35,972 bases of DNA from a virus (taxonomy: Duplodnaviria; Caudoviricetes): positions 1 to 35,972 of the IMG/VR virus record IMGVR_UViG_3300017646_000189, one strand, 5' to 3'. The first letter of the stretch is position 1; every line of letters begins with the position of its first letter. Below are positions 1-7,827 of this stretch, in pieces. Below the pieces are notes generated by a model. The model worked only from the letters and a program-made list of their open reading frames with translations. It was not told the origin of the DNA and made no database searches. A program made the translations under genes and the position numbers.

Positions 1-492
1 GGGGTCCTCGGCCGAGACGACGCTGCCGATCACCCGCATCATCACCGTTCCGGTCCCCGTGCCGTTGATGGTCAGGTAAAGGTGCGGGGCAGAATAAACG
101 GTGCTGGCGGTTTGGGTGAAATACCTCCGAACGGCGGCTTTTCGGTTGGACAAGGCCGATAGCGGCACGGCCGCCGACAAAAGGCGACCGCCGCCCCTCG
201 CGGCGTCGAGCGTGCGGACGTCGATGGTCACGCTGCCCGGATTGCCGCCGCGGTGATCGAAAAACACGATCTCGTTGAGGACATACTTGCCCTGCGCCCA
301 GATCGGCACGACCAGATTGGCCGGGTCGCTGCTGGCGAGGTCGATGAGGGCGCCGCCGATGGCATCGACCGAGACGAGGTGCCCGCCGTCCCGGCTCAGC
401 CGCAGCCGGCCGGATGTGGTCAGCCGGGACTGACGGGTTGCCGTCTGGGCGGCCGCGATGCCGCCGCGCGAGGCTCGGGTGATGAAACTCAT
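1..492 (-). CDS. Hypothetical tail-region protein, partial (runs off the left edge; missing from the ORF track)
   Basis: ATG at 492 overlaps the upstream TGA (ATGA). The frame is open for 164 codons to position 1: MSFITRASRGGIAAAQTATRQSRLTTSGRLRLSRDGG...VIGSVVSAEDP. Confidence 0.75.
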   Translation of the reverse strand, partial: MSFITRASRGGIAAAQTATRQSRLTTSGRLRLSRDGGHLVSVDAIGGALIDLASSDPANLVVPIWAQGKYVLNEIVFFDHRGGNPGSVTIDVRTLDAARGGGRLLSAAVPLSALSNRKAAVRRYFTQTASTVYSAPHLYLTINGTGTGTVMMRVIGSVVSAEDP

Positions 493-2267
493 GGCGTCAC
501 CGTCTGGTAGCGTTGGATCAGGAGCCCGGCCGCCTGCAGGCGGGCCCGGACAGGTTCGTATTTCAGCTTGGCGAGAGGGACCCCTGACACGACAGACTCG
601 ACGGCCATGTGCCCGACCGCCTCGGCCACCGCGCACAGGAACGGCTCCAGCCGGATGGCCTGGAAGGCCAGCTCGCTCGATGAGACGCCCCAGCAGACCG
701 CGAGGTTGTCGCAGGTGCCGACCGGAGCCACGACCGCGCGCATGGGAATGCCGAACGTCGAGTAATTATCGGCACGCACCTCGTCGCCGTCCGCGTCGAT
801 GAAGGGCTGCACCTCGGGCGAGCCCTCGATCTCGTTGCCGCCATAGGGCAGCGCCCAGATCGACTTGGCCTTGCTGTCCATGAAATACGCCCCGCAGGCG
901 ATCTGGTCGGGCCAGTTGGTGCGATAGGCCACGTTGCGATAGGTGACGGTCGCCTGGCCGATCAGCCGGCGCCCCTCGCGCTCGTAAAGCTCGGAAGGCC
1001 AGCTGGGCATCAGGATGTAATCGGATTGCCATTCGTCGGCGCAGAGGCCGAACTGGGCAAAGCGTCCCCGAACGGCCTCGGAAACCCGCGGATCGTTCTG
1101 GAACGTGTAGAGGCGGCCGGCCTCGCGATAGGCGAGCTGTTCGCGGATCTCGTGCCGGCGCCGATCCGAATCGGTCAGCGTGAATTCCCAGGACATCGAG
1201 CCCCGAATGTCGCTGCCGTTGGTCAGGAACTTGCCGGGGAACTGTTCCAGCTGCGCATAGCTGTCGGCATAGTTGGCCCAGCCGATCTGCCGCTGCAGCG
1301 TGGTCAACTGGTCCCACGTGTCGGCCAGCGCGACCTGCGCCTTCGCCTCGTCGTAGAAGCCGCAGCGCCGCAGCGGGCTGAACGCATAGCTGCGGGTCAG
1401 GATGCTCATGCCGTGCCCCTGGGAGTTCTGTGGGGCGTTGCCGATGATCACCTCGTCGTCAAAATCGCTGGCAACATATCCCGGCGGCTGCGGGAAGCCG
1501 ATATTGTTCGGCCCGGCCTCGTTGGTGATGCAGTTGCGATAGCCCGTCGCCATCAGCCGCCGATCCGCCTGCCCGAAATGCTCCAGCGGCGTCCATCCGG
1601 CATATTTCAGCAGATCGCCATCGGCATCCACGGCCGGCACCACAGAGGTGAAATTGCTGTGGTAGGGATAGAGCACGCCGGCATAGGGCCATTCGTGGTA
1701 TTCGTCGGCGTCCTCGCGGCCGATCCGGTGCGGCACGCTGGCCTTGAGCACCAGCCCGCTGTTGTAGGACGCGTCGAGGAACGCCGTGGCCTCATAGCTG
1801 TCGCCCTCGGCCGGGGCGCCCGACAGCCAGGTGCAGGGCTCGGTGCGCACCACGGTGATGCGCGTGGCCCGCTCGTCGGTCGAGGACGCCACCTGTCCGT
1901 TGACCTGCCGCACCTCGTTGCGCTTGACCTCGACAATCGTCTCGCGCAGCCGCAGGGTGATGTTCGGCTCGGCGGCGATCATGTCGGTCAGCACGCCGAG
2001 CGCCTGGTGCGGCTCGAAGTTCCAGGCCAGCCGGGAATGGGCATTGAAGCCGGTCTGGGCGACGATGGCCGAGGTGAACTCATCCACCACGCCGCGCCAG
2101 TTCTTGAAGTCCAGGGGCGGGTCGCCGATCCCGAGGCCGCCGGTCACCATGCCGCCGATCCCATTCTCGGGGGCCTGGATCACCACGGTCAGGCCGGCAC
2201 GGGCGCAGACGATGGCGGCGAAGATCCCGGCCGGCGTCGCGCCGTGAACGAAAACGTCAGTCTGCAT
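489..2267 (-). CDS. FAD-dependent oxidoreductase-like protein (FAD_oxidored/PF12831-like) in the tail module
   Basis: N-terminal Rossmann motif DVFVHGATPAGIFAAIVCARAG, plus IGGMVTGGLG, FEPH, GRE, LYEREGRRLIG and IRLEP motifs. TGATG-coupled to the upstream fibre gene. Confidence 0.8.
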   Translation of the reverse strand: MQTDVFVHGATPAGIFAAIVCARAGLTVVIQAPENGIGGMVTGGLGIGDPPLDFKNWRGVVDEFTSAIVAQTGFNAHSRLAWNFEPHQALGVLTDMIAAEPNITLRLRETIVEVKRNEVRQVNGQVASSTDERATRITVVRTEPCTWLSGAPAEGDSYEATAFLDASYNSGLVLKASVPHRIGREDADEYHEWPYAGVLYPYHSNFTSVVPAVDADGDLLKYAGWTPLEHFGQADRRLMATGYRNCITNEAGPNNIGFPQPPGYVASDFDDEVIIGNAPQNSQGHGMSILTRSYAFSPLRRCGFYDEAKAQVALADTWDQLTTLQRQIGWANYADSYAQLEQFPGKFLTNGSDIRGSMSWEFTLTDSDRRRHEIREQLAYREAGRLYTFQNDPRVSEAVRGRFAQFGLCADEWQSDYILMPSWPSELYEREGRRLIGQATVTYRNVAYRTNWPDQIACGAYFMDSKAKSIWALPYGGNEIEGSPEVQPFIDADGDEVRADNYSTFGIPMRAVVAPVGTCDNLAVCWGVSSSELAFQAIRLEPFLCAVAEAVGHMAVESVVSGVPLAKLKYEPVRARLQAAGLLIQRYQTVTP

Positions 2268-4036
2268 CAGAGCGCCTCGATCTGCTTGAAGTATCGCGAC
2301 ATGGCGGCCTGGGCGGCCAGCATCTGCACCGAATTGAGCGAGCGACCGAGCATCGCGGCCCGCACGGTGCCGGCGAAAAACTTGCTCACGCCGCCGTTGC
2401 TGTTGGTCGCGCCCATAAAGGCCGGCCGGTTGGGCAGGAAGTTGATGGCCTCGCGCATCTTCACCTCGCCCGAGGCGCCGGGGCCATACATGGTGTAGCG
2501 ATCCAGCGCCGAGCGGGAGACCCCGACGAAACCGATATCCGCCAGGTTCTCGAGCAGGTCGGTGGCGGAACTGGTCATCCAGCCGACGCCCGCAACCGTG
2601 GTGGTGAAGCGGGTCGGGTGAAGCTCGAACCCGCCATCCCCCAGCGCGGCCCGCTGCGTGCCGATGGGCAAGCGCGTGGTCCAGACCGCGGCGGCAACGG
2701 AGGACGGGGCGCCGCCGCCGATGAACGTATTCAGGTTGACGCTGGTGTTGTGGTAATCGTCCACGCCGTCATAGACAAAGCCCTGCTTGGCCGAGAAGGC
2801 CGGTGCGCTGCCGCCGACCGTCATGACATTGGACCCGGACCAGTTGACCAGCGCCGCGCTTTCCGCATGGGCTGCGGTGACGAAGAGACCGCCCATGCGC
2901 GACAGGATGCCTTCGCGCCGCAGCGCCGAGTAGAGCCGGCGATAGGCGTCCTGCCAGGGCAGGTTCGGCATCGGCGCGCCTGCCGAGACCATGCGGCTGA
3001 TGAGCCCCTGAAAATCCGTCTCCCAGTTCGGGTTCGGCTCATGCAGCGGGACCGAGAACGTGCCTGCCACATCCGCCGACGCGGTGGCGATGACATAGAT
3101 CGGCGTCGCCGGGATGGTGTCGAGGTCCAGCGCATCGCCCGGGCCGAGCGGCAGCACGCCGGCATCCGTGACTGTCACCGGGGCGATCCCGAAGGCCAGG
3201 CCGACGGTCGCAATGTCGCTCTTGTTCACCAGTTTCAGATCCGTCACCGGGCCGGCGGCCACCAGAACGGCAGCGGAAGTGGTCGCCGTCGCGGCGAGGG
3301 CATAGGTCGTCATCGGTTGCTCCTGTTGAGATGCGCCGGTTTCGATGGCCGCGAGGCGGTCCACGAGATATTGCAGGGTCTGGGAATTCAGCCTTGCCGT
3401 GGCCGCGGCCTCCTGGGCCCGCTCGTCGGCAAGGGTGGCAAGGATCCGGTTGTCAGCATCGGCCGCGCGCATCTCCGCGTGGATGCCATCGATGGCGGCC
3501 AGCAGGTCGGACCGGGACACGTCGTTGAGGATGCGCCAATGCCCCGAGGCGCCGCCGACCAGCCGCCGCAGGATCAGGACGCGGTTCGGCTGGATATACC
3601 CGGCTGGCAGCTCATTGCCGCTGTTGTCCAGCACGCGCCGCGTGGTGTCGCCGGAAACCGCCAGCGTGACGTTGCCGGTATTGGCGGCGGTGGGGACCAG
3701 GATCGCGGCCGTCTGGTTCGTGATCGTCACCCCCGACGCCACCGCGAGCGGATGCAGGTCGGCGGTGATCGCGTCGCCAGTCCCGGCTACGTTGACCAGC
3801 GGCACCAGGCTGGAGATGCCGAGCAGCGTCAGGATATCCTCCAGCGCCGACGGGTCGCCCATGGTCTGGGCGAGGGTGACCAGAAGCGCGCGCAACTCGG
3901 CCTTGATCAGGTCATGCACCCCGGAACGGGGATCACCGATAGGCGGGGGATGTCCAACCGGTTCATTCGGCTGGCCGTCCCCCGTGTAACGCTCGAAGTC
4001 ACGAAGGACGCGGTTGATATCGTCTACTATAGGCAT
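2267..4036 (-). CDS. Tail fibre / receptor-binding protein with C-terminal LamG/ConA-like region
   Basis: Lies after the tail tip gene. Likely start is MPIVDD at 4036. Has an N-terminal anchor region, a coiled-coil-like middle and a C-terminal FVYDGVDDY...FFAGTVRAAMLGRSL lectin-like pattern. Confidence 0.65.
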   Translation of the reverse strand: MPIVDDINRVLRDFERYTGDGQPNEPVGHPPPIGDPRSGVHDLIKAELRALLVTLAQTMGDPSALEDILTLLGISSLVPLVNVAGTGDAITADLHPLAVASGVTITNQTAAILVPTAANTGNVTLAVSGDTTRRVLDNSGNELPAGYIQPNRVLILRRLVGGASGHWRILNDVSRSDLLAAIDGIHAEMRAADADNRILATLADERAQEAAATARLNSQTLQYLVDRLAAIETGASQQEQPMTTYALAATATTSAAVLVAAGPVTDLKLVNKSDIATVGLAFGIAPVTVTDAGVLPLGPGDALDLDTIPATPIYVIATASADVAGTFSVPLHEPNPNWETDFQGLISRMVSAGAPMPNLPWQDAYRRLYSALRREGILSRMGGLFVTAAHAESAALVNWSGSNVMTVGGSAPAFSAKQGFVYDGVDDYHNTSVNLNTFIGGGAPSSVAAAVWTTRLPIGTQRAALGDGGFELHPTRFTTTVAGVGWMTSSATDLLENLADIGFVGVSRSALDRYTMYGPGASGEVKMREAINFLPNRPAFMGATNSNGGVSKFFAGTVRAAMLGRSLNSVQMLAAQAAMSRYFKQIEAL

Positions 4037-4049
4037 GCCGCCCCCATGC

Positions 4050-4069
4050 AAAAGCCCGCCGAAAGGCGG
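4050..4069 (-). terminator. Putative intrinsic terminator between tail tip and tail fibre genes
   Basis: Minus strand reads CCGCC-TTTC-GGCGG-GCTTTT. Confidence 0.45.
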
Positions 4070-4092
4070 TCGGATCGAAGAATTTCGGAACG

Positions 4093-6159
4093 TCAGAACG
4101 TGACGTAGACAGGCCCCGCCGGGGCGGATGGAACGCCGGACGCGTTGATGGTCACCGCCCAGTAATATTGCGCACTGGGCGGAGGCCCGATGATCGAGAA
4201 CTGGTCGTTATATCCGGCCGGTTGCCCCTCCAGGCCGTCCACCGTCGCAATCAGGTCGGCGGTTTCGAAGTCGTTCGAAATGTTCCGCCAGATCTGGGTC
4301 CGGTAGAAGTTCGCCGTTGGGTTGATCCAGCTGAGATTGGCAGTGCGACCGCTGCCCGCCCCGGCGAAATCGCTCGGCGGATCGGGGACAACGGGATTGG
4401 CGGTCACGGTGATCACGCCGGCCAGCACCCATTCCCCGCCCCGACGCCAGCGAACGCGAACCGTATAGGTCTCGCCGTCATCCAGGACGCCAGATTCCGC
4501 CCGGTAATTGTCGGCAACCATCTCGATCCAGGTCGGCTGAGGATCGGGCCACGGCCCGACTGCCGTATAGGTGCCTTTCGCCAGCTGGGCGCGCAGTTCC
4601 AGATCGTTCCGGCCCGGATCGTTCACCCGCACCGCCAGCCGCACGCCGCGAACGCCCCCCGAGACGTTGACGATTTCCTGCGTCAGGCTGATGCCGGACA
4701 GCGGCGGCAGGCCGCGAACAGGAATGACCAGCTCATCGATCCCGGGCGGCAGCGGCTTCTCTTCGGTCGCGGCGTTCCAGCCATAGGGGTTCTCGATGCT
4801 CGCCACCCCGATTTCGCAGGTCGCGGTCGGGATGTCGAAGCTGTGGCTGGTCACCTCGAACACGCCATCGAGGCCGTATTCCGGCGCCGCGACGCGGATT
4901 GTGTGGATGCCGTCGCCCTTGGGGAACCGGGCCTTCATGCCCACCAGGTTGGTGCGGATGGTGCCGATCTGCGCCCTGCGGTCCTTTGCGAACTTGATCT
5001 TCATGAGCCGCTGCAGCTGTCCGCTGGCGGGGCACATGTCATTGTCGAAAGGCTCGATGCGCTCCTCCTGCGTCGCAAGCGCGGCCTCGTCCCGAAGCTC
5101 GCCCACCTCGGTCGGCTGATAGGCATGGGCGGGGCTGACGAAGGATCCCTTGAGGATGTTGTAATCGGTGAACGGGTCGAAACCGTCCTGCATCTCGATG
5201 GACAGGATGTCGTCAGACGTGATCGTCACGTCCGGCTCCGACCATGCCCCGCCAAGAATGCCGATCTGCCCCTCAGCCGTTTCGTAGATTTGGCCGTCGC
5301 AGGTCGCCAGCATCCGCGCCGTCACATCCTTGAGCGCATCGTCCAGGCTGTAGAACCCGCATAGCCGGTAACGCGGCTCCGTCCCGCCGGCCGCCAGGGG
5401 TACAGCTTCGGCGCAAAGGTCCGCGAATGTCTGCCAGGATGCCGTGTCGAGCCGAGCCGCGGGGATGTTCCAGCCATCGGGATGCGTCAGGAGATCGCGG
5501 ATGCACAGCCCGGCATTTTCGGAATAGACCATGTTCCCGGCCATGTTCCGGACGCGCGAGGCGCGCACCTCGGCCTGCACCGCGGTATAGGCCCCCTTCG
5601 GATAGATCTTCTGGAAATCCTCGTCCGGCGGGTCGCCGAGGATGACGTAGAAGGTCGCCTGTCCTTGCAGGCGATGATCCGACGTCCAGAGGGCCGAAAA
5701 GCCCGACAGGTTCGGCGCCGGCTCGCTGCTGTAATCGCCGCCGGCGCCGGCCCCATCCCTGAAGCGCAGCCAGGTGTATTGGTCGCGCCGGTTCTGGCCG
5801 TCGAGTTCGACCGGCTCGCCATCGACCCAGAACCGGATCAGGCCGTCAACCTGGCCGTGATGCATGACGATCACCTGATGCAGGCGGCCGTCGTCGGCCT
5901 CGAAAAGCGCGCGCTGGCCGCCCAGCAGATTGCGGCCATAGGCCCGGATGCGCGGCGCATCGGTCTGGCTCAGCGTCGCCTGCACCTGCTGGCGCGGCAT
6001 CTTCGGCTGGGTCAGCGCCGATCCGGCCACGGCCCAGAGCGCACCCTTCCCGGCGGCGATGATCGCCGCCGACACGGCCGGAGAGAGGCCGAAAACCGTG
6101 ACGGAGCCCCACGCTGCCCCTGCGGGCAGCATGGCAATGATAGCCGAGAAGATTGCCAT
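4093..6159 (-). CDS. Tail tip / central tail (host specificity) protein with C-terminal FN3-like region
   Basis: PRIRAYGR...GG motif, YSENAGLCIRDLL, YRLCG and MLATCDG motifs typical of siphophage tip proteins. ATG at 6159 overlaps the upstream TAA. Confidence 0.8.
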   Translation of the reverse strand: MAIFSAIIAMLPAGAAWGSVTVFGLSPAVSAAIIAAGKGALWAVAGSALTQPKMPRQQVQATLSQTDAPRIRAYGRNLLGGQRALFEADDGRLHQVIVMHHGQVDGLIRFWVDGEPVELDGQNRRDQYTWLRFRDGAGAGGDYSSEPAPNLSGFSALWTSDHRLQGQATFYVILGDPPDEDFQKIYPKGAYTAVQAEVRASRVRNMAGNMVYSENAGLCIRDLLTHPDGWNIPAARLDTASWQTFADLCAEAVPLAAGGTEPRYRLCGFYSLDDALKDVTARMLATCDGQIYETAEGQIGILGGAWSEPDVTITSDDILSIEMQDGFDPFTDYNILKGSFVSPAHAYQPTEVGELRDEAALATQEERIEPFDNDMCPASGQLQRLMKIKFAKDRRAQIGTIRTNLVGMKARFPKGDGIHTIRVAAPEYGLDGVFEVTSHSFDIPTATCEIGVASIENPYGWNAATEEKPLPPGIDELVIPVRGLPPLSGISLTQEIVNVSGGVRGVRLAVRVNDPGRNDLELRAQLAKGTYTAVGPWPDPQPTWIEMVADNYRAESGVLDDGETYTVRVRWRRGGEWVLAGVITVTANPVVPDPPSDFAGAGSGRTANLSWINPTANFYRTQIWRNISNDFETADLIATVDGLEGQPAGYNDQFSIIGPPPSAQYYWAVTINASGVPSAPAGPVYVTF

Positions 6160-6554
6160 TATTTGACCCAAGCCCTTTCGGTCAGGCGGTAGCCGAAGCG
6201 CGACAGGTCCAGCCCGTCCGCGCCGGTGGACAGCTGGATGAGCCTGGCGCCGTGCGCCCGCGCCCAGCCTTCGAAAGCCCTCAACAGGGCCAGCCCCGAG
6301 CGGTCCCGCGAGAACCAGCCGTGCTCAACCGCAATCGGCTCCGGATTGATGATCGTCGGCCGCAGCGAGCCGGCGATGAAACCGCCATCCGTGACGAAAA
6401 CCACTCCGCGCTGATCGGCCAGCAACCCGGCGACCGTTCGCGCCGTCCATGCCCGGTCAACGAGGACGGGGCCCTGAACGGCCGAGCGCAGATCCTCGAT
6501 CATGTCCACGATGCGCAGCACGTCGGCTGCGGCAGCCCGCCTCACCCGCGCCAT
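6159..6554 (-). CDS. GNAT-family acetyltransferase-like protein (131 aa)
   Basis: MARVRRAAAADV...GLALLRAFEGWARAHGARLIQLS...RFGY matches the GNAT pattern. The likely start (6554) is inside ORF 6159..7289. Confidence 0.75.
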   Translation of the reverse strand: MARVRRAAAADVLRIVDMIEDLRSAVQGPVLVDRAWTARTVAGLLADQRGVVFVTDGGFIAGSLRPTIINPEPIAVEHGWFSRDRSGLALLRAFEGWARAHGARLIQLSTGADGLDLSRFGYRLTERAWVK

Positions 6555-7156
6555 TTCGTCTCGTATCCGTTGGCATAAAGCGGCAACCGCTCCAGGCCGC
6601 GGTCGCCGGGATAGCGCGCCTTCTGGTCGGAATCGGTCCAGCGGCCGCGCGGCGCGGCATTGCGCCGGAAGAACAGCCCTTCGCATTCCACGCGGATCGT
6701 CCGCTGGGTCGGCCCGCTCGCTGCCCAAGGCATGCGCTGCATGGTGCCGCTGTAGAGCGCCATGGGTGAGCCGACGGGATCGCCTGACGCGATCTCGCCG
6801 CCGCCCGGGGTGAAGGCCGCCATGGTGACATTGGCAAAAAGCTGCAGGTAGACGGTCACGGGCCGGTCGCGCACCCGGCTCTTCGCCGCGAGGGCCAGAC
6901 CCAGCATCTCGGGCGTCGCCGCGACCTCGAAGGTCACCTGCTCGGCAGATACCTGATATGTGGAGCTGATCGGGCTGACATTGATCAGGTCCCCCAGCCC
7001 CTGCCAGGTCTGTCCATTGACGGAAAGATCGCCGAAGCCGGTCCACCAGCGTTTCGGCGCATCGAGGAAGTCCATATGGACCAGGACCGCCTGTCCGATC
7101 CGGCCCGAGCGCAACACCTCGTCCGGGATCGCCAACAGGTCTTCGCGCGCGCCCAT
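6542..7156 (-). CDS. Minor tail / hub-type protein (204 aa)
   Basis: RWWTGFGDL...WQGLG and WTDSDQKARYPGDRG motifs of alphaproteobacterial siphophage tail genes. TGATG overlap at 7156. Confidence 0.7.
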   Translation of the reverse strand: MGAREDLLAIPDEVLRSGRIGQAVLVHMDFLDAPKRWWTGFGDLSVNGQTWQGLGDLINVSPISSTYQVSAEQVTFEVAATPEMLGLALAAKSRVRDRPVTVYLQLFANVTMAAFTPGGGEIASGDPVGSPMALYSGTMQRMPWAASGPTQRTIRVECEGLFFRRNAAPRGRWTDSDQKARYPGDRGLERLPLYANGYETKWRG

Positions 7157-7827
7157 CAGATCGCCTCTTGGAAGTTGACCTGAACGACGGGGAGCACGTC
7201 CAGGGACTGGTCGAACACCCCTTCGCTTTCGGTCGTGAACCGCATCTTGCAGACCGGCTTCTCGATCTCGACCCGCGTGCCGGCCGCAACCGCGACCCGA
7301 AGCGGCGGCTGGAACATCAGGCGATGGGCGCCCGGGGCGGGCTGCCAACATGCCTGCACGCGGTGCAGCCTTTCGCCGATGCTGAAGAACTGCCCGGGCC
7401 GGAGGCCGGTGGTATCGTTCAATGTCACATCGATCTCGGTCGCACGCAGCGGCGCAGCGGCCGCGACGACGACGCGATCAATATCCGTGCTGGCGAAGCC
7501 GAAATGATCCCACGTCTGTGCGCCGCGCAGGTTAGCGACATCGCAGAACGCCAGGTGATGACCGTCCCGGTCACGCGGCCGCCACCGATAGCGCGCCGGC
7601 ACGAGCGTCGTGCCGACCATGCCTTCCATCTGGGCCAGGAACGCCTGCCATTGCAGCTGCGCCGCCTCGCGCCGGATCGCGAACGAACAGGTCGCCATCC
7701 ACCGGCCCCGCATCGTCGGCACGATGGTCTCGGTCCCGCTGATGCTTTCCTGCGGTTCAAGGCTCATGCCGACCGGCCAGAACTGCACGGCCTGCCAGAG
7801 CAGGCGATGGGGGAACGTCGCCTGCAT
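7156..7827 (-). CDS. Distal tail protein-like
   Basis: Immediately follows the tape measure gene with a TGATG overlap. Contains LRPGQFFSIGERLHRV and FQPPLR motifs. Confidence 0.65.
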   Translation of the reverse strand: MQATFPHRLLWQAVQFWPVGMSLEPQESISGTETIVPTMRGRWMATCSFAIRREAAQLQWQAFLAQMEGMVGTTLVPARYRWRPRDRDGHHLAFCDVANLRGAQTWDHFGFASTDIDRVVVAAAAPLRATEIDVTLNDTTGLRPGQFFSIGERLHRVQACWQPAPGAHRLMFQPPLRVAVAAGTRVEIEKPVCKMRFTTESEGVFDQSLDVLPVVQVNFQEAI

